Shown piece by piece: positions 9,771-18,546 of a DNA stretch of 64,000 nt. The stretch is from a virus: positions 1 through 64,000 of IMG/VR virus record IMGVR_UViG_3300032282_004151. One strand, written 5' to 3'. The position numbers and the translations under genes were made by a program. The notes beneath the pieces are model-generated. The model worked only from the letters and a program-made list of their open reading frames with translations, did not search any database and was not told where the DNA came from. The number at the start of each line of letters is the position of its first letter. Position 1 is the stretch's first letter.

Positions 9771-10136
9771 ATGGCTACTATCAATAAGACCAATAACGCT
9801 AAGAAGAACACTAACAAATCTCCTGTAGGCACTATGCCGAAGGACAAGATCACGCGCTATAAGCTGCATGGTAATTTTAGTGCAGAGCGAGGTAAGTTTG
9901 TGTCTAGAAACACAAAGAAGGTGGCGCAAAGCATTCGTATGATTAGTACATATAGAATGTTTGCTCATGGTGTAACAACTAATGTTGTACCATCTCAGTT
10001 AAAGCAGGTTGCTCATTACTTTCTGACTCCTATGAGTCGTGCAGATAGTGACAATGCCAAGGATCGTAAGGGTCTTGAAGTTGCCGCAGTAGATAATACT
10101 GCTGCTATTGATAACACATCTGACGCTGCTGAATAA
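9771..10136 (+). CDS. basic hypothetical protein
   Basis: ORF downstream of a TTGACC promoter-like element. Confidence 0.6.
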   Translation: MATINKTNNAKKNTNKSPVGTMPKDKITRYKLHGNFSAERGKFVSRNTKKVAQSIRMISTYRMFAHGVTTNVVPSQLKQVAHYFLTPMSRADSDNAKDRKGLEVAAVDNTAAIDNTSDAAE

Positions 10137-10143
10137 GATATAT

Positions 10144-10317
10144 ATGATTATTATCATTACTGTATTAGCAATTCTATTGGCGGCAATTGTTATTGTTGCT
10201 GTTAAAGAAGCATCTAAAGATAAGATTATTCAGACCAAGTGTGGGTGTGGCAAGTCAGTTAGTGGATATTGTGATGGTAGTCATAATAACACAGCTGAAA
10301 AAACTGAAGAAAACTAG
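10144..10317 (+). CDS. membrane-anchored CDGSH [2Fe-2S] protein (mitoNEET-like)
   Basis: N-terminal TM helix + C-x-C-x2-S-x4-CDGSH (KCGCGKSVSGYCDGSH). Confidence 0.75.
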   Translation: MIIIITVLAILLAAIVIVAVKEASKDKIIQTKCGCGKSVSGYCDGSHNNTAEKTEEN

Positions 10318-10355
10318 CTATAACTAAAAATATAAATTTAGGTACTAGGGTATGA

Positions 10356-10385
10356 AAGCACGCTGATACATAGCGTGCTTTTTTG
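10356..10385 (+). terminator. intrinsic terminator
   Basis: AAGCACGCT-gatacat-AGCGTGCTT followed by T-run. Confidence 0.75.
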
Positions 10386-10454
10386 TTATATAAATATTTA
10401 GGTAGTTGTGCCCAACCCACCTAAAAATTATACATTTCATATACTTATTGGTAT

Positions 10455-11066
10455 ATGAAACTAATAATGGAAAATAATAAACTTGACATAATTGGCGCAA
10501 ATGCCTGTGGAATATATGGGTTCCTATTTCCAGATAATAAATGGTTGGTGGGATATAGCAGTAAAATGTCTGTAAGACTCGGTAGATACTTCTCAGAGGA
10601 AAGACTTAATTCCAAATTTAAAGATGGATTGTCTAAATACGGATGGGCGCAAATAAAGATATTTGTATTGGAAGAATGTGAAGACAATAAATCAATATTA
10701 CTTGAAAGAGAAAAGTATTGGTCTGAAAAATTGAATTCATTCAATGACGGATATAATGTAGTGGCGTGCGGCTGTGACAGTTTCATAACAGGACGCGAAG
10801 GAGGTAAATTACAAACTACTGTATATAATGAAGAGTTCAAAGACAGAGTAAGTGAAGGGATGAGAAAGCATCACGCCAACAAAAAGGCCAATGGACCTAA
10901 AAAATATAAAAATTGGAAGAAACTTTATATTTCCGCCAAACAAATAAATCCTAGTATATACCTACCAGAAAATTTAGGTACCCTACCTACTGATACAGAG
11001 TTTGGTATTGAATGGAACAAGTTAAGTAAGTGGAATAGAAAAAGAGTAGCCAAAAAAATAATTTAG
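10455..11066 (+). CDS. GIY-YIG homing-endonuclease-like protein
   Basis: GIY...LVG-x-S...R, VLEEC, LEREKYW, GYN motifs. Confidence 0.75.
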   Translation: MKLIMENNKLDIIGANACGIYGFLFPDNKWLVGYSSKMSVRLGRYFSEERLNSKFKDGLSKYGWAQIKIFVLEECEDNKSILLEREKYWSEKLNSFNDGYNVVACGCDSFITGREGGKLQTTVYNEEFKDRVSEGMRKHHANKKANGPKKYKNWKKLYISAKQINPSIYLPENLGTLPTDTEFGIEWNKLSKWNRKRVAKKII

Positions 11067-11170
11067 GTACCCCCCTACCCCCACTTCTTATATATTGACA
11101 AACTAGCTATATAGTGTATGTTGGTACCTGACAAAGCTAATAAAGGCTAAAGTCTATAACAATAAACAAT

Positions 11171-11557
11171 ATGCTAAACGTAGTAACAATGGTAGGTAAT
11201 GTGGTTTCGGACCCCACAAATAGATCAACAGGCACAGGCAAGAATGTAAGTACACTTCGCCTTGCTGTTAATAATCCACTCAATGATAAGGAAGTTCTCT
11301 TTATCAATGTGGATACATGGGAAAAGCAAGCTGAGTTTGTCAGCAAGTATGTTAAGAAGGGCAACATGGTAAGTGTTGTTGGCCGTCTTAAGCAGGATGA
11401 ATGGGAGAAGGATGGTGTTAAGCGCACCTCATATGCCATCATCGCAGAGCGTGTCAACTTTGTTGGCAGCAAGAAGAAGGAAGATAAAGCGCCTGATGCT
11501 CAAAGTGATGAGTTTGATGACGCCGCCTTCGCCGCCGCCGCTGGCATAAAGAGTTGA
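11171..11557 (+). CDS. ssb: single-stranded DNA-binding protein (bacterial type)
   Basis: NVVTMVGNVVSDP, LRLAVN, KKGNMVSVVGRL OB-fold; acidic tail. Confidence 0.93.
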   Translation: MLNVVTMVGNVVSDPTNRSTGTGKNVSTLRLAVNNPLNDKEVLFINVDTWEKQAEFVSKYVKKGNMVSVVGRLKQDEWEKDGVKRTSYAIIAERVNFVGSKKKEDKAPDAQSDEFDDAAFAAAAGIKS

Positions 11558-11580
11558 TAATCAAGTAGTTACAAAAGCAC

Positions 11581-11609
11581 AAAAACCCCCAATTTCTTGG
11601 GGGTTTTTT
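11581..11609 (+). terminator. intrinsic terminator after ssb
   Basis: AAAAACCCCCAA-tttc-TTGGGGGTTTTT. Confidence 0.85.
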
Positions 11610-11657
11610 ACAACTTTTTTACATTTACAATTTTTTTACATTTACAACTTTTTTACA
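11607..11657. repeat. 3 tandem 17-bp repeats TTTACAAYTTTTTTACA
   Basis: units at 11607, 11624, 11641. Confidence 0.85.
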
Positions 11658-11859
11658 ATTTACTTTTCTTTATTGAGCATATGCGCATACACGCATATTC
11701 TAAACTGTTGAATATCAAGCACTTACAAAAGTTGCAAGTTGTTGAGCTTCAAGCACTTGCGTAATTGTAAAAATTTGCCTAGCAGCATTTTTAAGCTTGA
11801 TTTTTTTAATAAAATGTGCTATACTATTTGAGTCAGGGGGAGTCAAATTTTTGGGGGCA

Positions 11860-11959
11860 CTTGAAGCAATCTGCCCAGGCGTCGGTCCCCTACCCATCGG
11901 CCACCCTCGCGGGACTCACCGTAGTTCGGTTTTTCGGATCTCTGTCCTACTTCCACCGT
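11860..11959 (-). ncRNA. candidate early small RNA, copy 1
   Basis: extended -10 TGCTAGAAT then GGTGGAAGTA...; homologous to 12650-12737; 3' end uncertain. Confidence 0.4.
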
Positions 11960-12045
11960 GCAATCATTCTAGCAGAATGAGTTTAAAATGAAAGCTCAAC
12001 GAATTTTGTAACTCGTTGAGCTTGAACTACGGACCAAAAAACCCC

Positions 12046-12579
12046 TTAGTAGGGGTTGTTTCGGGCGATCTCGCGCTCAACTTCGGCGTCCGTCGGAAGG
12101 ACGACGTTGACCTTCGCCACGTTCTCCAGCGCCGTGTAGACGCGGGAACCGTCGGCCAAACGCAGCCCGATGCGGTAGGCACCGTGCCGAAAGCCGTCCG
12201 CCCCAAACCAAAAGACCTCGCCAACCGTGCCCTTGGCGATCTTGCGACCCTTCACAACCTTGACCTCGTCGTTGATGCGAACGGCGGCGGCGAGACGGTT
12301 CAGGCGATTGCGCGCAGCCTCGCGCACGTTGGCGTTGTTGGCGTACCAAGCCCGAGCCTTGGCTCGAACCTCGTCCGTAGCGTCGGCGCGGTGATACTTG
12401 CTGGGCGCGTAGGCGCGGGTCGTGCCGTCGTTGATCTCGCGCACGCAGCCCTGCTCCTCGTCCCATACGATGGCGTAGAAGTCGGAGTCGTCGTGATAGT
12501 TCGCCTCGCGAAGGCCGAGGACGCAGCCGTAGAAGTCGCGTTCGTGGTCGAGTTTCTTGGTGATGGTGGTGGTTTCCAT
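12046..12579 (-). CDS. early hypothetical protein with KOW/SH3-like segment
   Basis: ATG follows TCGACA...CAATCT promoter; DEVKVVKGRK..KGTVG motif; very GC-rich codons. Confidence 0.7.
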   Translation of the reverse strand: METTTITKKLDHERDFYGCVLGLREANYHDDSDFYAIVWDEEQGCVREINDGTTRAYAPSKYHRADATDEVRAKARAWYANNANVREAARNRLNRLAAAVRINDEVKVVKGRKIAKGTVGEVFWFGADGFRHGAYRIGLRLADGSRVYTALENVAKVNVVLPTDAEVEREIARNNPY

Positions 12580-12649
12580 AGTGCTGATAGATTGAACACT
12601 TTTTATTGAAATGTCGAGAAAAATCGTGTTGAGATTTAATCTCGGTACT

Positions 12650-12737
12650 TTTTTAAATCCGCGTAGGAGTCGGTGCCCGACTCTAGGAGGCTGATCTCCG
12701 CATCTCGGCTTTTCGGGTTCTCCCGTACTTCCACCGT
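12650..12737 (-). ncRNA. candidate early small RNA, copy 2
   Basis: extended -10 TGCTAGACT then GGTGGAAGTA...; homologous to copy 1. Confidence 0.4.
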
Positions 12738-12851
12738 ACAATCAGTCTAGCATATCCTCATAGAAATACCAGCAAAATCGTTAGAAAAAGTGCAGGCCAA
12801 ATCATCTTTTTTCTGGACTTTCTTTAATTCTTCAACCATAATGTTCGAACA

Positions 12852-13109
12852 ATGAAGATCATTCCTATCTACTGCTCCTATTCCTTTGAGTGGAAAGGCA
12901 ATCATGGCAGCACCGAAGAAAGCCGCCTGATGAAGGTTGGCACCACCGATGTTCCCAAGGATTGGCACGGCATTGCCATTAAAAGCCACAATACTGGCAA
13001 AGTTCTGCTTTTCGACCCTGTGGAAGATCCCGGTGAAAATGGTTATGATGGTGAGTTTATGATTTATTCCCACAACGACAAATACTTTGTGCAAATCTGG
13101 AACTACTAA
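12852..13109 (+). CDS. early hypothetical protein
   Basis: ORF with own promoter. Confidence 0.65.
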   Translation: MKIIPIYCSYSFEWKGNHGSTEESRLMKVGTTDVPKDWHGIAIKSHNTGKVLLFDPVEDPGENGYDGEFMIYSHNDKYFVQIWNY

Positions 13110-13115
13110 TAACTT

Positions 13116-13274
13116 ATGAAAAAGTACAAGGTTACGTTCATTGATGAAATTGATGCAGAGAATGAAGATGATGCTTATGCCATCATTCTCAATTATCTTA
13201 CCAAATGCGTTCAGTATGAAGATGTTACGGCATTCGAATTCAAGGAGATCAAGAAAAAGAAGAAGCGCGCTTGA
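13116..13274 (+). CDS. small hypothetical protein
   Basis: MKKYKVTF..EIDAENEDDA pattern. Confidence 0.55.
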   Translation: MKKYKVTFIDEIDAENEDDAYAIILNYLTKCVQYEDVTAFEFKEIKKKKKRA

Positions 13275-13305
13275 CATTCTAATAAAAGTCTAGCACGATA
13301 CACGT

Positions 13306-14697
13306 ATGCAAATTGATACCACCGGTTTGCTTGAACCGCAATTCAAGCACGTGCAAACGCTCGTCGATAGCTTGTACCTCAACGGCCATGCCGTGGACAT
13401 GAGTGAGACTGGCACTGGCAAGACATATGCAGCTGCTGCGGTCATTCGCGAGATGAACCGTCCGTTTGTTATCATCTGCCCCAAGAGTGTCATTCATCAG
13501 TGGGAGAAGGTTCTGAATGCTTTCAAGCTGAAGGCGGTCACTGTGATCAACTATGAACTGATTGGTCGCGGCAATACCAAGTATATGAAGTGGAAGAAGC
13601 TTCCCGATCCTGTGCAGCCTTATCAGGAGAATGCTACTCGTGAACTTCCGCAGTTCAAGTTTGACCCCAACACTCTTGTGGTCGTTGACGAGGGTCACAA
13701 GTGCAAAGGCACTGACACCAGCAACAGTTGGATGCTTGTTGCCCTTAAGCTTCAAGGCTACAAGGTGCTGGTCTCGTCCGCCACCGTTGCGACTTCTCCG
13801 CTTGAGATGAAGGCGTTTGGCTTCATGACGAACCTTCATGCCTTGTACAACTTCCGCGACTTTTGCCGAGTGCACGGCGCGGAACTGCTTGCGCGTTATG
13901 GTGCCATGACTTTCAACTTGAGCAACCCTCAAGCCAAGGAGTCTATGCTGCGACTCAATGAGTATCTGTTCGAAACTACCAAGTGCGCAAGCCGCATGAA
14001 GGTGGAGGATTTTGGCAAGCAGTTTCCCGAGAGCCACATTGTGGCGGAGGCTTATGACCTTGGCAGCAACGAGAGCAAGATCCAAGCCGTCTATGACGAC
14101 ATGGAGACTGAACTGGCCAAGCTTGAGGAGAAGGCGGAGAACTACAGTGAGCACATCTTTGCCGTCATGATGGAGGCTCGTCGCAAGGCGGAGCTTTGCA
14201 AGGTTCCCTTGTTCGTTGACATGGTCGAAGATCTGTTTGACGAGGGCAAGAGCGTTGTGCTGTTCCTCAACTTCACTGACAGCGTTGAGGCTGTTGTGAA
14301 GCGATTGGACAAGATGGCCAAGTTCAAGGACCAGATTGGCTACATTGTGGGCGGTCAGGCTGACAAGCAGCGCATTGCAGATATCGAAGCATTCCAAGCT
14401 GACAAGAAGCGAGTGATGGTCGTCAATATTGCGGCGGGCGGCACTGGCGTCAGCCTTCACGATTTGAACGGCAACTTTCCTCGCGCCAGCATCGTCAGCC
14501 CCAATTGGAGTGCCTTCAATATGCGCCAAGCCTTGGGCCGTGTTTGGCGTCTTGAGGGCAAGACGAAGAGCTACCAGCACATCGTCTACGCTGCCAAGTG
14601 CATCGAGGAGAATATCTGTCACCGCGTGCAGCACAAGCTGGCATGCCTTGACACGCTCAACGACGGTGACCTTGCCGAGAGTTTGACCCTCGTCTAA
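13306..14697 (+). CDS. SF2 (SNF2/DEAD-like) helicase
   Basis: TGTGKT, DEGH, SAT, GTGVSL, QALGRVWR motifs. Confidence 0.92.
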   Translation: MQIDTTGLLEPQFKHVQTLVDSLYLNGHAVDMSETGTGKTYAAAAVIREMNRPFVIICPKSVIHQWEKVLNAFKLKAVTVINYELIGRGNTKYMKWKKLPDPVQPYQENATRELPQFKFDPNTLVVVDEGHKCKGTDTSNSWMLVALKLQGYKVLVSSATVATSPLEMKAFGFMTNLHALYNFRDFCRVHGAELLARYGAMTFNLSNPQAKESMLRLNEYLFETTKCASRMKVEDFGKQFPESHIVAEAYDLGSNESKIQAVYDDMETELAKLEEKAENYSEHIFAVMMEARRKAELCKVPLFVDMVEDLFDEGKSVVLFLNFTDSVEAVVKRLDKMAKFKDQIGYIVGGQADKQRIADIEAFQADKKRVMVVNIAAGGTGVSLHDLNGNFPRASIVSPNWSAFNMRQALGRVWRLEGKTKSYQHIVYAAKCIEENICHRVQHKLACLDTLNDGDLAESLTLV

Positions 14698-14708
14698 CGA
14701 GGGTTGGG

Positions 14709-14752
14709 GAGGTGGTGGAATGAGTGGTATCTTCCACCACCTCTCTTTTTTT
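14709..14752 (+). terminator. intrinsic terminator
   Basis: GAGGTGGTGGAA...TTCCACCACCTC + T-run. Confidence 0.8.
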
Positions 14753-14788
14753 CTCGACTTTCTTTAATCTGCTGTCATGCTTCTGGGT

Positions 14789-15007
14789 ATGACGCTTCAA
14801 GAAATCAAGGACGCCATCGACGACGGCAAGACGGTCTATTGGTCCAATGAGCGCTACGTGGTCATCAAAGACCCGCTCCGCGACGGCACGTTCCAATACC
14901 TCATCGGCTGCGACCACGGTTCGCCTCGTGCGAACTACATCGGGCTGGTTTGGGCGGATGGCGTGACGGTCAATGGTCGCCCCGAGCAGTTCTTCGTCGG
15001 CAAGTGA
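14789..15007 (+). CDS. early hypothetical protein
   Basis: MTLQEIKDAIDDGKTVYW; own promoter. Confidence 0.65.
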   Translation: MTLQEIKDAIDDGKTVYWSNERYVVIKDPLRDGTFQYLIGCDHGSPRANYIGLVWADGVTVNGRPEQFFVGK

Positions 15008-15053
15008 GTTTTTGCTCGACTTTCTTTAATTTATCCACCATACTGATTGCACG

Positions 15054-15230
15054 ATGAAAACCTATCGCATCTACACTCCTTGGAACAGCATTGTGATTGA
15101 GGCCAAGAACGAGAAGCAGGCCAAGATTGACGCAGTTAAGCAACTGCTGTATGAGATTGAAAGTGACGCCGGAGCCAGTTTGGACGTTGAAGAAATCGAG
15201 AAAGACAGTTTGACCGACTCTTTGGTCTAG
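15054..15230 (+). CDS. small early hypothetical protein
   Basis: 58-aa ORF after promoter. Confidence 0.55.
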   Translation: MKTYRIYTPWNSIVIEAKNEKQAKIDAVKQLLYEIESDAGASLDVEEIEKDSLTDSLV

Positions 15231-15239
15231 TCTTGACTT

Positions 15240-15629
15240 ATGCAATTCAACACGATCAAAATACGGTACAACGACGGTACTTTTAAGACAGAGTACAATA
15301 ACGTCGAGTCTAAACTCAAGGCGGTTAGCGAGGTTTTGGAAATTGTCTTTGCCAATTGGAACAATGGTTCTGGCAGCGAGTGCCCTGAGTTTCTTGCCAG
15401 CAAGGTTCGCAGCCTATCCGTAGGCGATTATGTGGCAGTGGATGGTCAATGGCATCGCTGCGAGGGCATTGGTTGGAGCGAGGTGAGCAAGGACGATGTG
15501 GCGAAGTGGTTCTTCACCTTGTCAGAGGTTCGCAGCAAGCGGTCCTCTGGAGCCACTGAGGAGGAGGAGATCATGGCGCGATGGCGCGACCGTCGTCGTA
15601 CCGAAGAACTTCTCGGAATTTTTTCTTGA
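15240..15629 (+). CDS. hypothetical protein with YodL-like motif
   Basis: RSLSVGDYVAV...C..IGW. Confidence 0.6.
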   Translation: MQFNTIKIRYNDGTFKTEYNNVESKLKAVSEVLEIVFANWNNGSGSECPEFLASKVRSLSVGDYVAVDGQWHRCEGIGWSEVSKDDVAKWFFTLSEVRSKRSSGATEEEEIMARWRDRRRTEELLGIFS

Positions 15630-15670
15630 GGCTTGACTTTCTTTAATCCATCATCATACTTTCATTCATT

Positions 15671-15838
15671 ATGGATCACATCGACTTCATCATCGGCGTT
15701 GAAAACGGCACTCTGAGCAACGAGGAGTTTCATGACAATGTGCAGGCGTTCGTTGACTCTGGTGTGTGGCGGAACCTTCAGGGTTCTTGGCAGAGGGCGG
15801 TGCAGATTTGGGTTGAGGCTGGCTACGCCACTCTTTGA
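15671..15838 (+). CDS. small early hypothetical protein
   Basis: 55 aa, VDSG.W.LQGSW.R; own promoter. Confidence 0.6.
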   Translation: MDHIDFIIGVENGTLSNEEFHDNVQAFVDSGVWRNLQGSWQRAVQIWVEAGYATL

Positions 15839-15884
15839 TCAGGAGGCTTGACTTTTTTTATTCCTCTGCCATACTGATACCACG

Positions 15885-16133
15885 ATGAAAAACCAGCACG
15901 CTATCACCCTCAAGAAGTCTGCTGACAAGTACATTGCTTGGCACAGCAACGCCTTCAAGGACGACCCCGAAATGACTGAAGGAGGCAAGAAGGACTACGA
16001 CGATCTCATCAGCATCGCTGGTATGATCGAGAATGGTGAGGACAAGAAGAAGATTGGAATGACTATGTGGAAGCTTGACACGGCTGTTCGCGACATTATT
16101 CCTGACAATGTCTATTACGCCTTCACTCGCTAA
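15885..16133 (+). CDS. early hypothetical protein
   Basis: own promoter; LDTAVRDII. Confidence 0.65.
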   Translation: MKNQHAITLKKSADKYIAWHSNAFKDDPEMTEGGKKDYDDLISIAGMIENGEDKKKIGMTMWKLDTAVRDIIPDNVYYAFTR

Positions 16134-16172
16134 TAGCTTGACTTTTTATTAACCATCATCATTCTATCTTAC

Positions 16173-16550
16173 ATGGGCGTTTACATCTACGGAATCAAGT
16201 CTCCCAAGCACGTTGCCACGGTTGAATTGGACAACGGCAACGTCTGCACGGTGGCGAAGTATGCTTACGCTTACAAGCCGCTGTATTCCTTTTTCAACAA
16301 GGAGCCGAAGTGGCAGACGCTCGCCAAGGCTCGCCTTACTCGAATGGACAATATCTGGAAGAAGTTCATCTCCGATGGTGGCAAGTATCCGCAGGGCGGC
16401 GTCATGGTTCATGGCGAAGGCAACGACAAGATCGAGATCGGTTCCAACGTGATGACTTGGCCACAGATTTCTTCTGTGCCGATTGCCATCGAAGATTGCA
16501 CTTGCAACAAGGCATCGTTCATCGGCAAGATTGTGCGAGTGATTTCTTGA
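16173..16550 (+). CDS. early hypothetical protein
   Basis: own promoter, leaderless. Confidence 0.65.
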   Translation: MGVYIYGIKSPKHVATVELDNGNVCTVAKYAYAYKPLYSFFNKEPKWQTLAKARLTRMDNIWKKFISDGGKYPQGGVMVHGEGNDKIEIGSNVMTWPQISSVPIAIEDCTCNKASFIGKIVRVIS

Positions 16551-16584
16551 CTTTCATAAAAAAACTGCTACTCTTCTAAACACT

Positions 16585-17097
16585 ATGGGATACCACACTG
16601 ATTTCCGAGGCAAGTTCGATCTGAACAAGCCCCTTTCTCCTGCTCACAAGGCTTATCTCCTGAAGTTCAGCGAGACGCGCCGCATGAAGCGCAAGCAGAC
16701 CGTTGCGGCGAAGAAGCTAGACCCTATCCGAGTTGCGGCGGGACTTCCTATTGGCAAGCAAGGTGCTTATTTCGTCAATGGCGCTGGCTTTTGCGGTCAG
16801 GACAGCGATGATAGCGTCGTCAACAGCAACACCCCTCCCGAGGGTCAGCCGAGCCTATGGTGCCAATGGGTACCGAACGAGGACGGCACTGCCATTGAAT
16901 GGGACGGTGGCGAGAAGTTCTATGAGTATGTGGATTGGATTGAGTATCTCATCAAGAACTTCCTAGAGCCGTGGGGTTATGTTCTCAATGGCGAAGTGGA
17001 ATGGAATGGAGAAGATCGTGATGACATTGGTATGATTGCCATTGACAGCAACGAAGTGAAGGTCAAGAATGGTCGAGTTGTTTACGAGGAGGTTTAA
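16585..17097 (+). CDS. conserved phage hypothetical protein
   Basis: MGYHTDFRG...WCQWVP...WDGGEKFYEYVDW...LNGEVEW.GE. Confidence 0.75.
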   Translation: MGYHTDFRGKFDLNKPLSPAHKAYLLKFSETRRMKRKQTVAAKKLDPIRVAAGLPIGKQGAYFVNGAGFCGQDSDDSVVNSNTPPEGQPSLWCQWVPNEDGTAIEWDGGEKFYEYVDWIEYLIKNFLEPWGYVLNGEVEWNGEDRDDIGMIAIDSNEVKVKNGRVVYEEV

Positions 17098-17100
17098 TAA

Positions 17101-17373
17101 ATGGAAAACTCAGACATTGTAAAAATCCTTATCATTGACAGCGCTCAGATGCCTATTCATACTGAGAAGTATGAGTTTGCTTCAAGTGAGGCTGATAAGA
17201 TCAAGGACACCATCCTATCTTCACTGAACCGACTTGGTAAGGCAACGCATGCGCTCATCAGGTTCAAGAACGAGTATTGGGTTGCTGACCATACTGCACA
17301 AGGCAAGCTTCAGTCTGAAACATATTATCGGCACAAGGTCAAGTATCATCCCTACATGAAAGAATTGGTTTGA
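17101..17373 (+). CDS. hypothetical protein
   Basis: 90-aa ORF. Confidence 0.55.
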   Translation: MENSDIVKILIIDSAQMPIHTEKYEFASSEADKIKDTILSSLNRLGKATHALIRFKNEYWVADHTAQGKLQSETYYRHKVKYHPYMKELV

Positions 17374-17407
17374 CATTTTAAAAAAAGTAGTCCAAGATAC
17401 TAGAACG

Positions 17408-17638
17408 ATGAAAATCTATCACCTACACATCAAGGACAATGACGCTGCGGAATATGATACCCACTTTCATTTCACGCACGCTACCAAGGATGGTTCAGAT
17501 TTGTGGGGAGATTACAACAGCGCGTATGCTTTTGTGATTGACAATCTGAACGATTGGGATATAAATGATGTCATTACAAAGCTGAAAGAGAGTGGTTGGA
17601 CCGAAGTTGAAGTTGAGAAAGTGGAAGTGGAGTATTAA
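17408..17638 (+). CDS. early hypothetical protein
   Basis: own promoter. Confidence 0.6.
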   Translation: MKIYHLHIKDNDAAEYDTHFHFTHATKDGSDLWGDYNSAYAFVIDNLNDWDINDVITKLKESGWTEVEVEKVEVEY

Positions 17639-17921
17639 AAAAAGTTAAGAAAGTTGAAGTTTTTCGTTGACATTTGGATATATATCAGTAAGATGATGGG
17701 CGTTCTTTAAATAACATAGTTGGAAAGCATCCCTTCGATGAACCTGTGGTGCGCTCTTCGCGCCGCCAGAATAATACAAGCGACGATAAAAAAACAGAAG
17801 CAAGTAAAGTAATGGTGGATAGGATAGGGTGAGGAAACAAAGCAGACAAAAGAAATACCGCTTGAATAAATCACAGGCTGTGGATGAATGGAAAATCAAT
17901 CATATTGACAAATAATTTTAC

Positions 17922-17996
17922 GGCAGGCTAGAGTATGTGGTAACTCGTCACGCTCATAATGTGAAGCATCGGATTCAAACGCCGGGCCTGCTCCCA
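17922..17996 (+). tRNA. tRNA-Met(CAT), atypical T arm
   Basis: GGCAGGC/GCCTGCT acceptor, TCACG-CTCATAA-TGTGA anticodon arm, encoded CCA. Confidence 0.65.
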
Positions 17997-18159
17997 ATTT
18001 CTTTTTATGTCACAAGAAATACAAAAGTCAGAATTGGTAGTTTTGGTGGATAAAGCGATACAAAGCAACAAGGAGATCAGAGAGCTTCTTGTTCAATTGA
18101 TGGACGAGATCAAGAAACAACCTTGACATTTAAAAAAAGTCTGCTAGACTGATTGCACG

Positions 18160-18543
18160 ATGAAGAAAGACACGTTCTACGTCAACGAATACAATCTGCC
18201 CAGCATCATCCGCCACAATGTGCGGATTGATTGGGTTAATCTGAACGAGGGTTATGATGGGGACTATGACCCCGAGAACCCCGAGGATGTGAACCTACTG
18301 CGGTTCGATGTGTTTCGCCACGAGGGTCCAGATTGGGCTGCTATCGAGGATGGCAGCTACTGCACGCAGGTTCCTTCCAAGACTGACCATGCCACTCTCA
18401 GTCGTATTCTGAGCAGCTTCATGGATTATATCTATGACGATGTGTCCTCTCACGGCAAGGCCAAGCGTCTGTGCGAAAGTTTGAGTTGGACCAGCCCAGA
18501 TGGCAACATTATGATCAATTCGATGGACAACATTTTTTCCTAA
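18160..18543 (+). CDS. early hypothetical protein
   Basis: EGYDGDYDPENPED..LLRFDV...SYCT; own promoter. Confidence 0.7.
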   Translation: MKKDTFYVNEYNLPSIIRHNVRIDWVNLNEGYDGDYDPENPEDVNLLRFDVFRHEGPDWAAIEDGSYCTQVPSKTDHATLSRILSSFMDYIYDDVSSHGKAKRLCESLSWTSPDGNIMINSMDNIFS

Positions 18544-18546
18544 ACT

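Larger units (their letters stand above)
11546..12023. promoter_or_regulatory. cluster of dyad sites GTTGA-N3-TCAA-N2-A(C/G)TT containing IHF-consensus halves
   Basis: copies near 11550, 11705, 11735 and 12010; AATCAAGTAGTTA and TATCAAGCACTTA fit WATCAANNNNTTR. Confidence 0.55.

Noticed and set aside
10455-11066. Group I intron around the GIY-YIG ORF
   Set aside because: Flanking genes are intact and unrelated; the ORF is free-standing with its own late-type motif
11607-11657. Short tandem repeats and recurring intergenic motifs as a CRISPR array
   Set aside because: No repeat-spacer periodicity and no cas genes; the recurring motifs are promoters or terminators
11844-11957. GTG-initiated 37-aa peptide (and a 32-aa peptide at the second copy)
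   Set aside because: Nucleotide and hairpin conservation between the copies is not frame-preserving; treated as ncRNA candidates
13279-14634. 451-aa antisense ORF over the helicase (also 2269-2967, 18962-19516, 30805-31656, 12016-12609)
   Set aside because: Shadow ORFs from the codon bias of the sense gene; no motifs, promoter or start context
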